A DNA stretch of 64,000 nucleotides from Candidatus Marinacidobacterales bacterium. GTDB taxonomy: Bacteria > Acidobacteriota > Vicinamibacteria > Marinacidobacterales > SMYC01. Where the stretch lies: NCBI GenBank assembly GCA_965224085.1, contig CBDCYI010000005.1, positions 800,001-864,000 of the forward strand, in the 5' to 3' direction. Position numbers and translations under genes: made by a program. Position 1 is the first letter of the stretch; every line of letters starts with the position of its first letter. Below are positions 31,625 to 43,081 of this stretch, one piece after another. Under the pieces are notes generated by a model. The model was not told the origin of the DNA. It was given only the letters and a program-made list of their open reading frames with translations, and made no database searches.

Positions 31625-32014
31625 GCAAGCGGTCAGGCGCGATACTCACCCGGCCGGTACGCGGTGAGAGCGGGAAACGACCAGCGAGCGATTCTCTCGT
31701 CAGTTCTATCAGCTCGGGGTCCTCGAGGAGCGTGTCGACGGGTTCGAGTAGATCATCCTTGATGAGCGACGCCTGTTTGGAGAAGTTGACGTAGAAGAGG
31801 GCGGACTGCCTGGTAACGGTCCCTATAACGCCTAATAAATATCATCCCTTAGGCTACAAGTCAAGAAAAAAACGACCAAATACAAAATAGTTGGGAAAAT
31901 TCTTGCGGATCGATCCAGGCGCGTTTGGCGCCGGCAAATCACAGATCTGTCAGCTGCCCGATTGGACGCGGATTGAAACCAACGGTGAAAGCGGTTACGT
32001 TTTGCAACAGGCTC
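31625..32014 (-). mobile_element. Truncated copy (390 bp, 5' end) of IS element A
   Basis: Appears identical by eye to 33654-34043. Confidence 0.9.
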
Positions 32015-32101
32015 TAGCTAGAGGCTGTTGCAAAAGCCCGTTTAGCGTCAAGGCGTTCATTTGTTTGAGCACAGGAGTGAGGCCGTTGGTTGTACTGCTT
32101 G

Positions 32102-32447
32102 TTAGGAACGCGCCTGTCGGGCACGGTCGAGCGTATTTTGCTTGTTGATGTCCGCGAGTTCTCGCAGACAATCCTGCAAGCTCTGCCATGCGGCGACGCC
32201 TTCGCGGATACGCTTGTGTGCGGCTTGGGGCACATAGTAGCCGGTAGTCTTGCCGTGCTTGCCACGAAAATTGATATAGAGGTGAGGGCCATGCTTTGGC
32301 CCGGGCCCGTGGCACCGACAAGTGGGCGTACCGCAGGTACGATAGGTTTCGGAGGGTGTGCCGAAGATCGCCCTTCGCGCATATTGTTGAATCTGTTGTA
32401 GGAGCTGGTCCCGACGTTTACGTGGATCGGAATGAAGGGTTCGGCAT
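32102..32447 (-). CDS. DUF6788-like Cys/His accessory protein of element A (apparent frameshift near start)
   Basis: RTCGTPTCRC..KHGP motif; ATG 32447 is out of frame with the body. Confidence 0.6.
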
Positions 32448-33855
32448 TTTCGCTGTCCTTTCTTCGCCGCTTGACTCGAGCGATCGATATGAGGTTTTGG
32501 CTGATAACGCACCACCCGACGTAACGCTTGAATCCTCGGTCGCCCTTGTAGGTGGCGCGAAGCATAGCGAAGCGGTGCTTGAGGGTGCTGATGCGGGACT
32601 CGACGCCCCCGCGCCACTTGAGGGCTCGACGGAACCAGCGCTTTTTTTGAACCTTGGCTCGTTTTTTCGAGGGTCGTCCTCGAGCCGGCAACACCACTTT
32701 CTTTACACCGAGATCTATGGCCTTGCGTTCATTGTCTGCCGAAAAGAATCCGCGGTCAGCGGTCGCCATCTCCGGCGCACGAGCGAACTGTTTTTTGTGT
32801 TGCTCCAGCGCGGGCATCCACTGAGTTTGGTCCGCCGGATTGCCTGCGGCAACTTCGTAGTGGCTAACAATGCCGTTCTCCACCTCATCAATTCGCACGA
32901 GTCGTCCAAACTCGGTCGGCTTCCATGTTTTGCCTTTTCGGATCACGGCCGTATGCTCCTCGAACAGGCTGACGATCTTGTCCGGATGGTGACGATGGCC
33001 CCCTAAAACACGGGCCTTTGTCTGAGCTAACACCTTTTTGCACAGTGGCAGATAATGTTCGAGTTGGCTCTGATTGCTTATGATGCTCACCAGCGAACCC
33101 ACGACCGGAAGCTTTCCGCTCTTGAGCGACTGAATAACCTCGTCGGCTTGCCGGACCACGCTGCGCGCCGTGCCCATGAGCTTGCGATAACTTTGCTTGA
33201 ACTTGACTTGGCTCGATTCGGTGAACGACTTGCTGGCGCGGTCGATCTCAAGCTGCCTGTTTTTCGTTGATCGGCTGTGGTCCACCACCTTGAGCGCACC
33301 TTGAGCACAAGCCTTTGCAATACACTTCAGACTACGGGTGAGCACCCGGATGCCATCGGCAAGCAGTGAGCTATCTGTGGGGTAATGGATGTTGCTCTCC
33401 ACTACCGTCGTATCCGTGCGTAACTTGCGTCCCGTAGCCACCTTTTCGTCTCGAGCCTGAGCGACCACACGGGCATGGATTTTCTCTACGAACGCATCAC
33501 CGAGTAGGGAAAAGTTGCGACTGAATGTGGAGTAGTTGGGAATCGAATCGTCGTCGAAGCGAGTGAAGCGCCGATACACGAGGCTAGAACGGATCTCCCG
33601 CTCGAGGACTCGGAAGGACCATCCTTTGATGTGCTTGAGTACACAGCTGCGGAGCAAGCGGTCAGGCGCGATACTCACCCGGCCGGTACGCGGTGAGAGC
33701 GGGAAACGACCAGCGAGCGATTCTCTCGTCAGTTCTATCAGCTCGGGGTCCTCGAGGAGCGTGTCGACGGGTTCGAGTAGATCATCCTTGATGAGCGACG
33801 CCTGTTTGGAGAAGTTGACGTAGAAGAGGGCGGACTGCCTGGTAACGGTCCCTAT
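32440..33855 (-). CDS. DDE transposase of element A (start and end approximate)
   Basis: RTDTTVVESNIHYPTD, EFG, ADRGF and ESRISTLK motifs. Frame is open upstream of GTG 33678; as assembled it reads through to 32014. Confidence 0.8.
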
Positions 33856-34049
33856 AACGCCTAATAAATATCATCCCTTAGGCTACAAGTCAAGAAAAAA
33901 ACGACCAAATACAAAATAGTTGGGAAAATTCTTGCGGATCGATCCAGGCGCGTTTGGCGCCGGCAAATCACAGATCTGTCAGCTGCCCGATTGGACGCGG
34001 ATTGAAACCAACGGTGAAAGCGGTTACGTTTTGCAACAGGCTCTAGCTA

Positions 34050-35733
34050 GTTCCTGTCCAGAAACACCATAACTTGTGGTGTACGAGAGGCCTATCGAAG
34101 ATGTGGGTATTATACGTTTTCAGTCGGCACCTCGTAGGCTCGGAAGCGAATGAAAATCTTGGACGAAACGAGAGGCGAATCGTCAGCAATCCATGGCTAT
34201 AAACGCAGTAAGAGCAATCATTATTATCGTAATAGGTGCCTTGCCATTACCAACAGGTTGCAGGTGATGATGGAACTCCATACGTAGGATTTGAAAGAAG
34301 GCAATGAGCGCCATGTGCATCGGTCGAGACCAAAGACTCGTTTCAAGAACGAAATGACGCCTTCGATTCCGCAGCGAAATCGCCGTAGGCGTTGATAGAC
34401 CCAGGAACTCTTGACCATATCGGTCACCGCGAAGTGAGCCTTGGTAAAGGCAACATCTTCAACTCCCTTGCCTTTGATGGCTTCCAAGTTTGCCTTTGAA
34501 GAAAACGCGCCATCGTAGGCAACCTGGCGCGGGGCCCGTTCGTAGAGTTCGACTTGACGGTCGATCATGGTTTCCGCGAGAGTTGAATCGGACGGATTCC
34601 CATCCAAGATCACGCAATCCAAAATCATCGAGGACGAGCCACCAGTCAAACACACCTTGTGACCGTAGAGAGTCTCGCGCCGGTCTTTGCGAATAATGTC
34701 GGTGTGTTCTTCGAAGATCGAAACGACCTTTTCCTCCGCAGGCACACGCTCTTCATCAATCACTCTACGCCGAGTTTGGTTGATGACTTTTTCGGTGAGG
34801 ACGAGAAAGTGCTTAAAATCCGCGGCGATCTTCTCCGCACTCGCTCGCTTCACCGGCTCGGTCAAGCCGGACTCGTCCAACTGGTCTGCAACGCGTTGAG
34901 CGGAGCGATAGGTTTCTTCCGACACCTTCAGTAGATCTCGATAGACGCGACGCCTTTGTTCCTTATCCTTCGCGTTTAGAACTCCCAGTCGACGTCTCTT
35001 CGCTCGACGCGTTCGATTGCCGAAGACCACTACTGTACCCAGCAGTTCGCGAGTTCGGCACATGAGGCGAGTGAGAACTCGGACGCAGTCATAAAGAAGC
35101 TCGGAGTCCGTAGGAGAATGAATATTCGACTCCACTACCGTGCAGTCCACTCGTACTTTTCTTCCTTTTTCGATCGCGGTCTTCTCGGCAACACTCACCA
35201 ACTCTCGGTTGATTTTCTCCAGCGTTTCGAACTTCACGGCTTTGATGTTTGCTGCTAGGGTCGACTTCGACGGGCTCGGCTCTATGATGCCGAGCTGGCA
35301 AAACGTCCGATAGCTTCGAGAGTCTGCCAAGTGAAACGCCAGCTCCCGATAGGTGAACTGATTCAGCTGCTTGACCAACAACGCCCGGAGAACCTGCTCC
35401 GCGCTCATTCCCCCACGACCAACATCGCTCCCTGCCGATGGGGTGACCGACCTCAGGTCTTGCAGTACCAGCTCATTGAGCTTAGGATGGGCATCGAGCA
35501 GCGATGATATCGTTTCGAGCTCGCGTGCGTGCTCCAGCTCCAGCCAGGGCTCGCGAAGGCTTGGTTGTGGGTTGATCGTTTTTCGCATTTAGGGCTGGTC
35601 TCCTTTGGAGTTAAGTCGTTTAGAATCTGCGTTTTTGTCGACTCGATACTAAACGACACTCCCTCAGAAGGCTAGCCCTAAATTTGCGATTACCCCTTTT
35701 TTCTCAACCTCTTACACCTGTCAGGACGGGTAC
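34050..35733 (-). mobile_element. IS element B copy 1 (ISNCY-like), 1684 bp
   Basis: Ends GTACCCGTCCTGA and GTTCCTGTCCAGA; flanked by TAGCTA; near-identical to 46025-47708. Confidence 0.92.
34224..35588 (-). CDS. ISNCY-family DDE transposase
   Basis: RVDCTVVESNIHSPTD, YGHK, AYDGAF and FRCGIEGVISFLKR motifs. Confidence 0.9.
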   Translation of the reverse strand: MRKTINPQPSLREPWLELEHARELETISSLLDAHPKLNELVLQDLRSVTPSAGSDVGRGGMSAEQVLRALLVKQLNQFTYRELAFHLADSRSYRTFCQLGIIEPSPSKSTLAANIKAVKFETLEKINRELVSVAEKTAIEKGRKVRVDCTVVESNIHSPTDSELLYDCVRVLTRLMCRTRELLGTVVVFGNRTRRAKRRRLGVLNAKDKEQRRRVYRDLLKVSEETYRSAQRVADQLDESGLTEPVKRASAEKIAADFKHFLVLTEKVINQTRRRVIDEERVPAEEKVVSIFEEHTDIIRKDRRETLYGHKVCLTGGSSSMILDCVILDGNPSDSTLAETMIDRQVELYERAPRQVAYDGAFSSKANLEAIKGKGVEDVAFTKAHFAVTDMVKSSWVYQRLRRFRCGIEGVISFLKRVFGLDRCTWRSLPSFKSYVWSSIITCNLLVMARHLLR

Positions 35734-35746
35734 TAGCTAGTACCCG

Positions 35747-38700
35747 ATGCGGTCCACATATACGTCGTCTTTACGATCAAAGGCGGCACTTGGTTCGCGA
35801 TACCTGTCTTCAGGTAGTCCTTGAAGTCGTAGGTCGCGTCTCCCAAAAGCACCACGTAGCGCAGGGACGGCCGACGCCAGTTGTGGTACGCGTAGCGCAG
35901 GAACTCGCGAAGCGCTTCGGGCGATGTCTCTCCAAAGCCGAACTCCGCGTAAACGTCCTCGATCGCCACCGACTTCACTTTCAGTCCTTGTTGGCGGCGC
36001 TGCTTCAGAAGAGGCCTTGCGGCGCCGAGGAAAGCTCGCGGGCCGACCAACAGATATTCGGCGCGGTGGCTTCGGCTCTTCAAAGCACTCGAAGGCATCG
36101 CGCGCACTTCCGGTCGGCGGACGGACTCCGCGCTCACCGCGTAGTAGGTTTCTCCCGTTTCCGCTCGGAAGCGCACACGGCTCGCATCGTTCTGGACGCC
36201 GCTCAGCCAACGCGGGTGCACGCCGCTCAGCTCGAGCACGTGGGCATCGGGGCCCAAACCGCTCACTTCCGCGACACCCGACTCCTTCCACACGCCTTCG
36301 AGCTCACCGTTTTTGGCCACAGGCACGCGCGGGTAGCTCAGCGCGAAGCGGTCGAGCGGACCATCGAGTACGCAGCACCCGTGTCGCCCACGTTTTCGAC
36401 TTCCAGAGTGTTCGTCCCTTCTGTCAGAACACCAGGCAGCAACGCCACGTCGATGCGGCGCGACGCCTTGCCGTCCCAGCTCGACTCACCGAGCAAGCTT
36501 CCATTCACGTAGACGCGCACGTGGTGGTCCGGGTCCGCTTCGAAATCGCTCACGCCTTGGAGCCACACACTCAAACCCGCGCTCTCACTCGTCGACGCAA
36601 GCGCACTCACTTCGAACGGGTAGCTCTTCGTTACCGGGGCAAATAGCAGGTCCCATAGCCATAGATCGGGAGCGGCTTTCTCAGTGAGGGCGGCTTGGTA
36701 ATACCGGTTTTGCTCTTGCGCCACGCCCTCCATGTAAAACGTCGTCGGCTCTCCGGAGGGCGATGCCATGCTGCCCGCCATCATCGTCCCGCTTCGGCCT
36801 ACTTCGAGCTCATACACCGCTTCGTTGCCATACGGGTTCAACGAAGCGCCTTCGCTCATGAAATACAGCGTCGAGCCCGGTTGGAAGCGCGGTCGATCGG
36901 GCTCCAAGCGGAACGCCACAGCCTTACCTTGACGGCTCAAGCGCAGCGAGCGCGCGGAAACACTGCGGCTTCCGCTGAGCACGTTCTCGTAGCGCACCGC
37001 GTAGAGACCTCGCTCGGTTGTCGCGAAGCGTCTCACCACTCTTCGTTCGTCGTGGCTTCGTCGCCTTCGGTAGCGGCGGCCTCGTCGTCCGACGGTCGCT
37101 TCTTCCGTTGGATCCGGCGTACGGAACGAGACCCGCACCACGAGTCGACGTGCCAACAGGAGCTGGCCTCTCGTCCCGTCCCAGCGCAGCGGTGCGAGCT
37201 CCACCAGAGCTTTTTTTACCTCGCCTTGGAAGCCGACTTCCAAGAGCCGTGCCGCGCTCGACGGGCTCAGTCCTTCGCCGCGGAACGCCGTGCGCGCTCG
37301 GCGGTTCACCGCACGCACCGTGCCGTCGAACGACGCCACCAACTCCGGTATCGCTGCTTGCGACGGGCGCAAGCTCGTGAACGCTTCGACGTCGCGCGCC
37401 CAAACCGACACCATCTCGACTTTGCGGCCCGCGATCGCTTCGATCCATTGACGCTTGACCGGGAGCGCCGGGGCGCTCGCTTCTCCAAGCTCCACGAAGC
37501 CCGGGATGCTCAGCCGTACCGAGCCGTCTTCTTGGGGCAGCGCGTAGAAGCCGTTCGTCGTCAGCTCGATCTGGATTTGGTCGCGCCCGCGCGGCGTCAC
37601 ACGCCATGTGCTCGACGCCGGCTCGCCATACGTAATGAGTGCATCTTCGGACTCTGTTGACGGTGGCGGCCCGTTATTGGGCTCGCTAGGCTCGTCGCTC
37701 AACGACGTATCGCCCTCGCGCGGTACAGCGCTCACCGGTCCGTGTCTCTCGGTCCGCCCCGAGCTCGCGCCCACCACCGAGGAGCCGAGCCCCGGGATCG
37801 CGCTCGACGTGATCCGCTCGAACTGGCCCGCTTCGCTTTCGGAGCGATACAGGTGGAAGCCGAGGTTATCGAGCTCCGTCGCGGTCTCCCACTCGAGCTC
37901 CACCGCACCGTCGACCCCGTGCGCCGAGAACGACAGCAAATCGACTTCCGTCGTCTCGATGCCCTTGTTGTAGAACCCGCAGTTCGGGTTCGGGGTGGGG
38001 TCGGGCGACGGCGTCACCGTCGCGTCCGGCCAAATCTGGTTGTTGTACTGCGCCTTGATGTAGCACGCCGAGTGAGCGGCGTCGGCGAAGCGCACTTCGT
38101 CGAGGATGCCGTTGAACATCTCGCCGGGCGGGTTCGATGCTCTGAGATGGCGCCCCATCATCGCGAACTGTCCGGTCGTTTCCCATGTCCCGGTGGTGAG
38201 GTCCGCGATGGGGCCCCCGTCCAGCACGCCGTCGATGTAGATACTCTGTGTGTCCGCCCCGACGTCCCGCACGGCGACCACATAGTGCCAGGTGTTCAGA
38301 GTCACAGAGCCTGTCGAGGCAAGAGAGTTAGCCCCCGTGGATGGCCCGAAGCTAGACCTCACTCGGTTGGTACTGTCGATACGAAAATGATACAGCGTCC
38401 TTGGACTGATCTCGTCACCGTCGGCGCTGTCGTAATCGTCGTATCGGAGGATAACTTGATGATTCGCCGAGCCCCTCGTGTTGACCCAAGCGGAGAACGT
38501 CACGGACGTGCTCTCGGTCATATGAAGCGACGCATCGTCGCCCAAATTGAACCAATCGTTCGACCCGTCGAAATCCAAGCTGCCGTTCGCCTGGCCCGCT
38601 ACTTGATCGGTGGTGGTCATACCCCCGTTCATCGTGCCGTTGTTGCCGGTGCCGGTGCTGTCCGCGATCTGAGGTGCCGCGCCCGAGGGGTCTTCACTCA

Positions 38701-41554
38701 AATGCCACACGGCCTGGTAGCTCATCGGACTCCACACGTCGGCGGGTTTTTGGGTCTGGGTCGAGGAGGTGATGTCGGTGTTGCCGTAGACGATCTGGAT
38801 GACGGTGTTGGAGCCGGCCATGTTGGTGTTCACCGACGGGAGCCGCACCCATGCGACGAGGTGGCCCGTGGCCGCGTTCCAGCTCTCGACCTCGTGGTCG
38901 AGGATGCACGGGGCGAGGCCGGCGCCGCCGCACGTCGTCGCGTCCACCGCGGTGAAGATGATGTCGTCGCCTTGAGGATCGGTGACGTGATCCCGAAGGT
39001 TGGTGTCGACGGAGTTGAACAGCATCGGGAAGTTCGTGAGCGTCGTCCCGCAGCTCGGATCGTCGATCTTGGTGCGGTCGATGGTGATGTTCTTGAAGTA
39101 GCTGTAAGGGCCAATCGAGCGGAACTCGTCCGCCCCGATGTCAGGCGTCGTCGCGTGACGCGAGTGCTGGTCGAAGTCTTCGGTGACGGGAAGGTCGGCA
39201 TCTTCGTCGAGATCGGCGCCGACGGTACCGAAGAGCGCTTCGGTGGTGTCCACGAGGTGCAGGTTCTCGGTGCCGTTACCGATGTTGAGGAAGTACGACG
39301 CGTACGCCGTTTGGTTCGTCACGCTTCCCGCGCCAAACATAGCGGCCGTCCCATCCGACGAGACGTTGTTGCTGCTGTTGGCGAGGTCGAAGGTTCCGGT
39401 GAAATTGTCCGTAATTCCATCGGTCGCGCTCATATCGAGCACGAGGTTGTTCCTCGCGATGAGGGTGCCGTTGTTTTGCTTTATGCCGAAGGCTTGAGCA
39501 CCGCCGTTGCCGTCGATGTTGTCTAGGTTGAAGATCGTGTTGTTGTGGAGGAACACCGTACCTCCCGCGTCGTTCACTTGCACACCGATGACGTTGTTGC
39601 CGGTTGCTGAGTTCTCCGACATGTCGTAGACGACCGAGTTCGAGAGCTTGACGTTCCCGCCCTCGAGGGAGAAGCCCCGAACTGCGCCGACCCCCGCGGC
39701 TACGTCGTGGAGGTCGTGCACGATGATGCTGTCGAGCAGAACATCCGTCGCGACGGACTCAACTCGGACCCCATCGATGCCGGATGCATTCGTGAGACCC
39801 GAGCCGTCGATCTCAATACCTGTGACGCGCACGTGCTCGTCCGAAATGTTGATGATGTCCTCCTCGACGCCCGGGGACGCGAACGAGGGCGCGATGCGAC
39901 ATCCGGAGCCCGCCACTCCGTTGTGCCGCTGGGACGTCCCGACCTCGTTCGTGGCGCTCGGCGCGTAGAGGTGGATGTACGTGTCCGGGCCGGTGGTGTA
40001 GCCGTCGATGGTGACGCCCGCTGTCTCCACGATGGGGCCGTCGTCGTAGCACGTCCAGTTGAGCTGGAAGCCGTTCCCGGCGAGATCCGCGGTGCCCAGG
40101 TGGAGGGCGTCGGAGCTTTGCGCCTCGGCGTCGGAAACCAAGTTGAACGCGCGGTAGATGTCGACGCTTGCGAGGGGGCCGAAGTTGATGTTGGTGTCGC
40201 CCGGCGTGCCGCCGCCCGCCCCCGAGTCCTGGAGCCTGAACTGCGTGGACGAGATGCGCTCGGCGATGTAATACCGCCTGGCACCGACCTGGACCTCGTC
40301 GCCCACGCCGATCCGATCGGCGGCCGGGGTGTCGAGTGCCATCAGACCCGCGGTAGCTGAGCCCGTCGACGAGTACAACGGCCCCGGGGCGGTCCCGATC
40401 GAGTAGTACATCTTCCGCTGGAACGCGAGCACGGCCCAGCTTATGTCCGCGGAGGCGCCGGTGAAGGTTCGCTGGAGCTGCAGCTGGGTCGGACTGTTGA
40501 TGTTCTGGGTGAACCAGGAGACGCCGGGAATGTCGTTCGCGACGTAGGGCGACTTTCCCCCTCTTTGCCACGCTCCTCCCCCGGCGATCGACCAGGACGG
40601 GCTCACGGGCGGGGTGAGCGTCGCGTTCAGAGGACCAGCCTGGCCACCGGGGAAGTTCATGTCGCCGCTCCTGACCGTCGTCCCGTCGGTGAACTCGACC
40701 AGGTACCAGGTGAGGTCCATGGTTAACCCGCCCCCGGTGGCATCGCGGTCGAAGACGAGGGTCGTCGGGCTGGTGATCCGGCCTCGGACCAGGCCCCTCC
40801 CGATTTGCGGGGCGGTGACAGCTCCGATTTCGTAGGTGTAGAGGAGCCACGACTTCGAGGTGTCGACGGCAGCGATGGGCCCGGCGGTGGGTATCGTTCG
40901 GGTCGTGGCTGTCACGGACGAGGTGCCCGAGGCGAGGCTGAGGCTCCCGCTCTGGACGCTGGCGCCCGTGAACTGGATCACCTGCCACTGAACCTCGTTG
41001 TTCGGCCCACCGTTGCGCGCATCTAGCCGGAGGGTCGTGGGGTTCGTTAGCTCCGCCCGCAGCCATTCGTTGGCGTCGTAGCTACTGCCGCCACTCCGGT
41101 AGCTAATCAGGGGGAAGGAGCTCGCCAGGTCGACCGGCGTGCCGAGGTTGACGTCGATGGGGAGAGGGGGAATAAAAGGGTTGATCTGGCCGCGCTGCAC
41201 GTTCACGCCGGAGGAGAACTCGGCCACGTACCATTCGATCGTGACGCTGCCACTGGTTCCTGTTCGGCGGAAGTCGAGCGTCGCGCCGCCGCCGATGATC
41301 TGGCCCATCACCAGCCCGTTGGGTGGGGCTGCCTGGTTGTTGCGCATGTTGAAGACGAGAAAGGAGCGGTTGAGGGTCACCGGGTTGAATGCGGGCGCCG
41401 TGACCTGGACGAACGTGGAGCCGCCGGGGAGGACGACACTGCCGTTCTGGACCGACTGGATCGTCGCCGCCTGGACCGGCTGGACGAGAGCAACTGCGCC
41501 CACGAGCGACAGGCAGAGATAGCCGGCGACGCGCATCCAGTGCCTCGGAGTCAT
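35747..41554 (-). pseudogene. Second large secreted C25-module protein (beta-repeat region, beta-helix, DUF2341-like and LamG-like domains), 3'-truncated
   Basis: Signal peptide from 41554; in-frame deletion near 37764; 1-nt loss near 36358; ends at WTAS before the catalytic His/Cys at the IS junction. Confidence 0.78.
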
Positions 41555-41600
41555 CGTCCGTTCTTCAGCCCGCAAAATTCGCCCCCATCGTCGGGAATCT

Positions 41601-41735
41601 TGCAAAGAATACGCCAAGACCGTCGCTCGGGGACTCATGTAAACCGTTATGTTTGAGTAATTTGTACCGGCAAAACGTACACGCGGCAGTGTCTGTGTGG
41701 GGAGTATCGGGGCGGACGATGGGGATTCGCCTACA
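41601..41735 (-). promoter_or_regulatory. sigma54 promoter with upstream TGTAGG box
   Basis: Minus strand TGGCGT-attct-TTGCA (41616-41601); TGTAGGCGAATCCCC starts 119 bp upstream. Confidence 0.75.
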
Positions 41736-41774
41736 AACCACCGATGCCGCGTTCGTGAAAGTCTATTCTTGAAT

Positions 41775-41811
41775 ATCGAATGTTGAACATTCGATTTTCG
41801 TGATCTAGAAT
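41775..41811 (+). promoter_or_regulatory. sigma70-like promoter with a palindromic operator over the -35; probably leaderless
   Basis: TTGAAC-N17-TAGAAT with ATG 6 nt later; ATCGAATGTT-g-AACATTCGAT at 41775-41795. Confidence 0.6.
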
Positions 41812-41817
41812 GGCAGG

Positions 41818-43023
41818 ATGATTCTACGCCCAGAGCCAGTCTCGAGGATTCGCCGCGCACTCCGTCGAAGCCGGGTGGTGGCTTTGATAGGCCCACGCCA
41901 GTGCGGCAAGACCACGCTCGCTAGGCAAATCGTTCCGGAAGACTCGCTCAATTACTTCGACCTCGAACAACCCGAAAGTCTCGCGCGGCTGGACGAGCCG
42001 ATGACCGCGCTCCGGAAGCTCCGCGGTGTCGTCGTGATCGATGAGGTGCAACGGCGTCCCGAGCTCTTTCCGATCCTGCGGGCTCTCGCCGACAGGCGAC
42101 CGCTGCCAGCACGTTTTCTCGTTCTCGGTAGTGCTTCTCCCGGGCTGATGCGCCAATCTTCGGAATCTCTAGCGGGACGTGTCGAGACCATTACCTTGTC
42201 GGGTCTCAGCCTCGGGGAGGTCGGCGCGGACGCGGTGTCGCAGCACTGGCTACGCGGCGGGTATCCTCGTTCCTATCTTGCGGCGAGCCTTCCCGACAGC
42301 TATCGGTGGCGGCGCTCATTCGTTCAGACGTTTTTGGAGCGTGATTTGCCGCAGCTAGGTGTCACGATCCCGTCGGTAGCGCTCTTTCGATTCTGGACGA
42401 TGCTCGCTCACTATCACGGTCAGATCTGGAATGCGGCGGAGCCGGCTCGCTCACTGGGCGTGAGTGAACCGACGGTGCGTCGTTATCTCGATCTGTTGAC
42501 CGGGTTGTTCATGGTGAGGCAGTTGAAGCCATGGCGGGCGAATCTCGCGAAGCGTCAAGTGAAGGCGCCCAAGATATATCTCAGAGATAGCGGTCTCTTG
42601 CACCAATTGCTAGGCATTCGAACGCGCAAGGATTTGTTGTCCCATCCGAAGTCGGGCGCGTCATGGGAAGGCTACGCGCTCGAGGAGCTGCTGAAGATCG
42701 CGGATGTGGACGCGTACTACTTCTGGGCCACCCACGGTGGAGCCGAACTCGACCTGCTGCTCGTCGCCAACGGACGCAAGATCGGCGTCGAGTTCAAGCG
42801 TGTCGATGCCCCGAGGTTGACGCGCTCGATGCACATCGCGCTCGACGATCTCGGCCTCGACCACCTCGCTGTCATCTATCCGGGAGAAAAGGAGTATCCT
42901 CTCGGCGATCGCGTCACCGTCTTATCCGTCGCTACGCTCGGCTCCGTCGACGTGATGACGACTCTGATAACCGGCAAAAGGCGCTCCGCGGCGAGGGCGC
43001 TTCACGGTCGTCGCAAGAAGTAA
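41818..43023 (+). CDS. AAA_14 ATPase plus DUF4143 protein
   Basis: GPRQCGKT, IDEVQ, ESLAGR, GGYP, KIYLRDSG and ELDLL..VEFK motifs. Confidence 0.88.
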   Translation: MILRPEPVSRIRRALRRSRVVALIGPRQCGKTTLARQIVPEDSLNYFDLEQPESLARLDEPMTALRKLRGVVVIDEVQRRPELFPILRALADRRPLPARFLVLGSASPGLMRQSSESLAGRVETITLSGLSLGEVGADAVSQHWLRGGYPRSYLAASLPDSYRWRRSFVQTFLERDLPQLGVTIPSVALFRFWTMLAHYHGQIWNAAEPARSLGVSEPTVRRYLDLLTGLFMVRQLKPWRANLAKRQVKAPKIYLRDSGLLHQLLGIRTRKDLLSHPKSGASWEGYALEELLKIADVDAYYFWATHGGAELDLLLVANGRKIGVEFKRVDAPRLTRSMHIALDDLGLDHLAVIYPGEKEYPLGDRVTVLSVATLGSVDVMTTLITGKRRSAARALHGRRKK

Positions 43024-43081
43024 CAGTCGCGTCATCCCTTCAACGCTACTGCAGATACCTCCCGTGGGCGAAACGACCTAG

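Larger units (their letters stand above)
32021..34043 (-). mobile_element. IS element A (ISNCY/IS5-like DDE), 2023 bp
   Basis: Inverted ends GAGGCTGTTGCAAAA and GAGCCTGTTGCAAAA; flanked by TAGCTA at 32015-32020 and 34044-34049. Confidence 0.88.
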
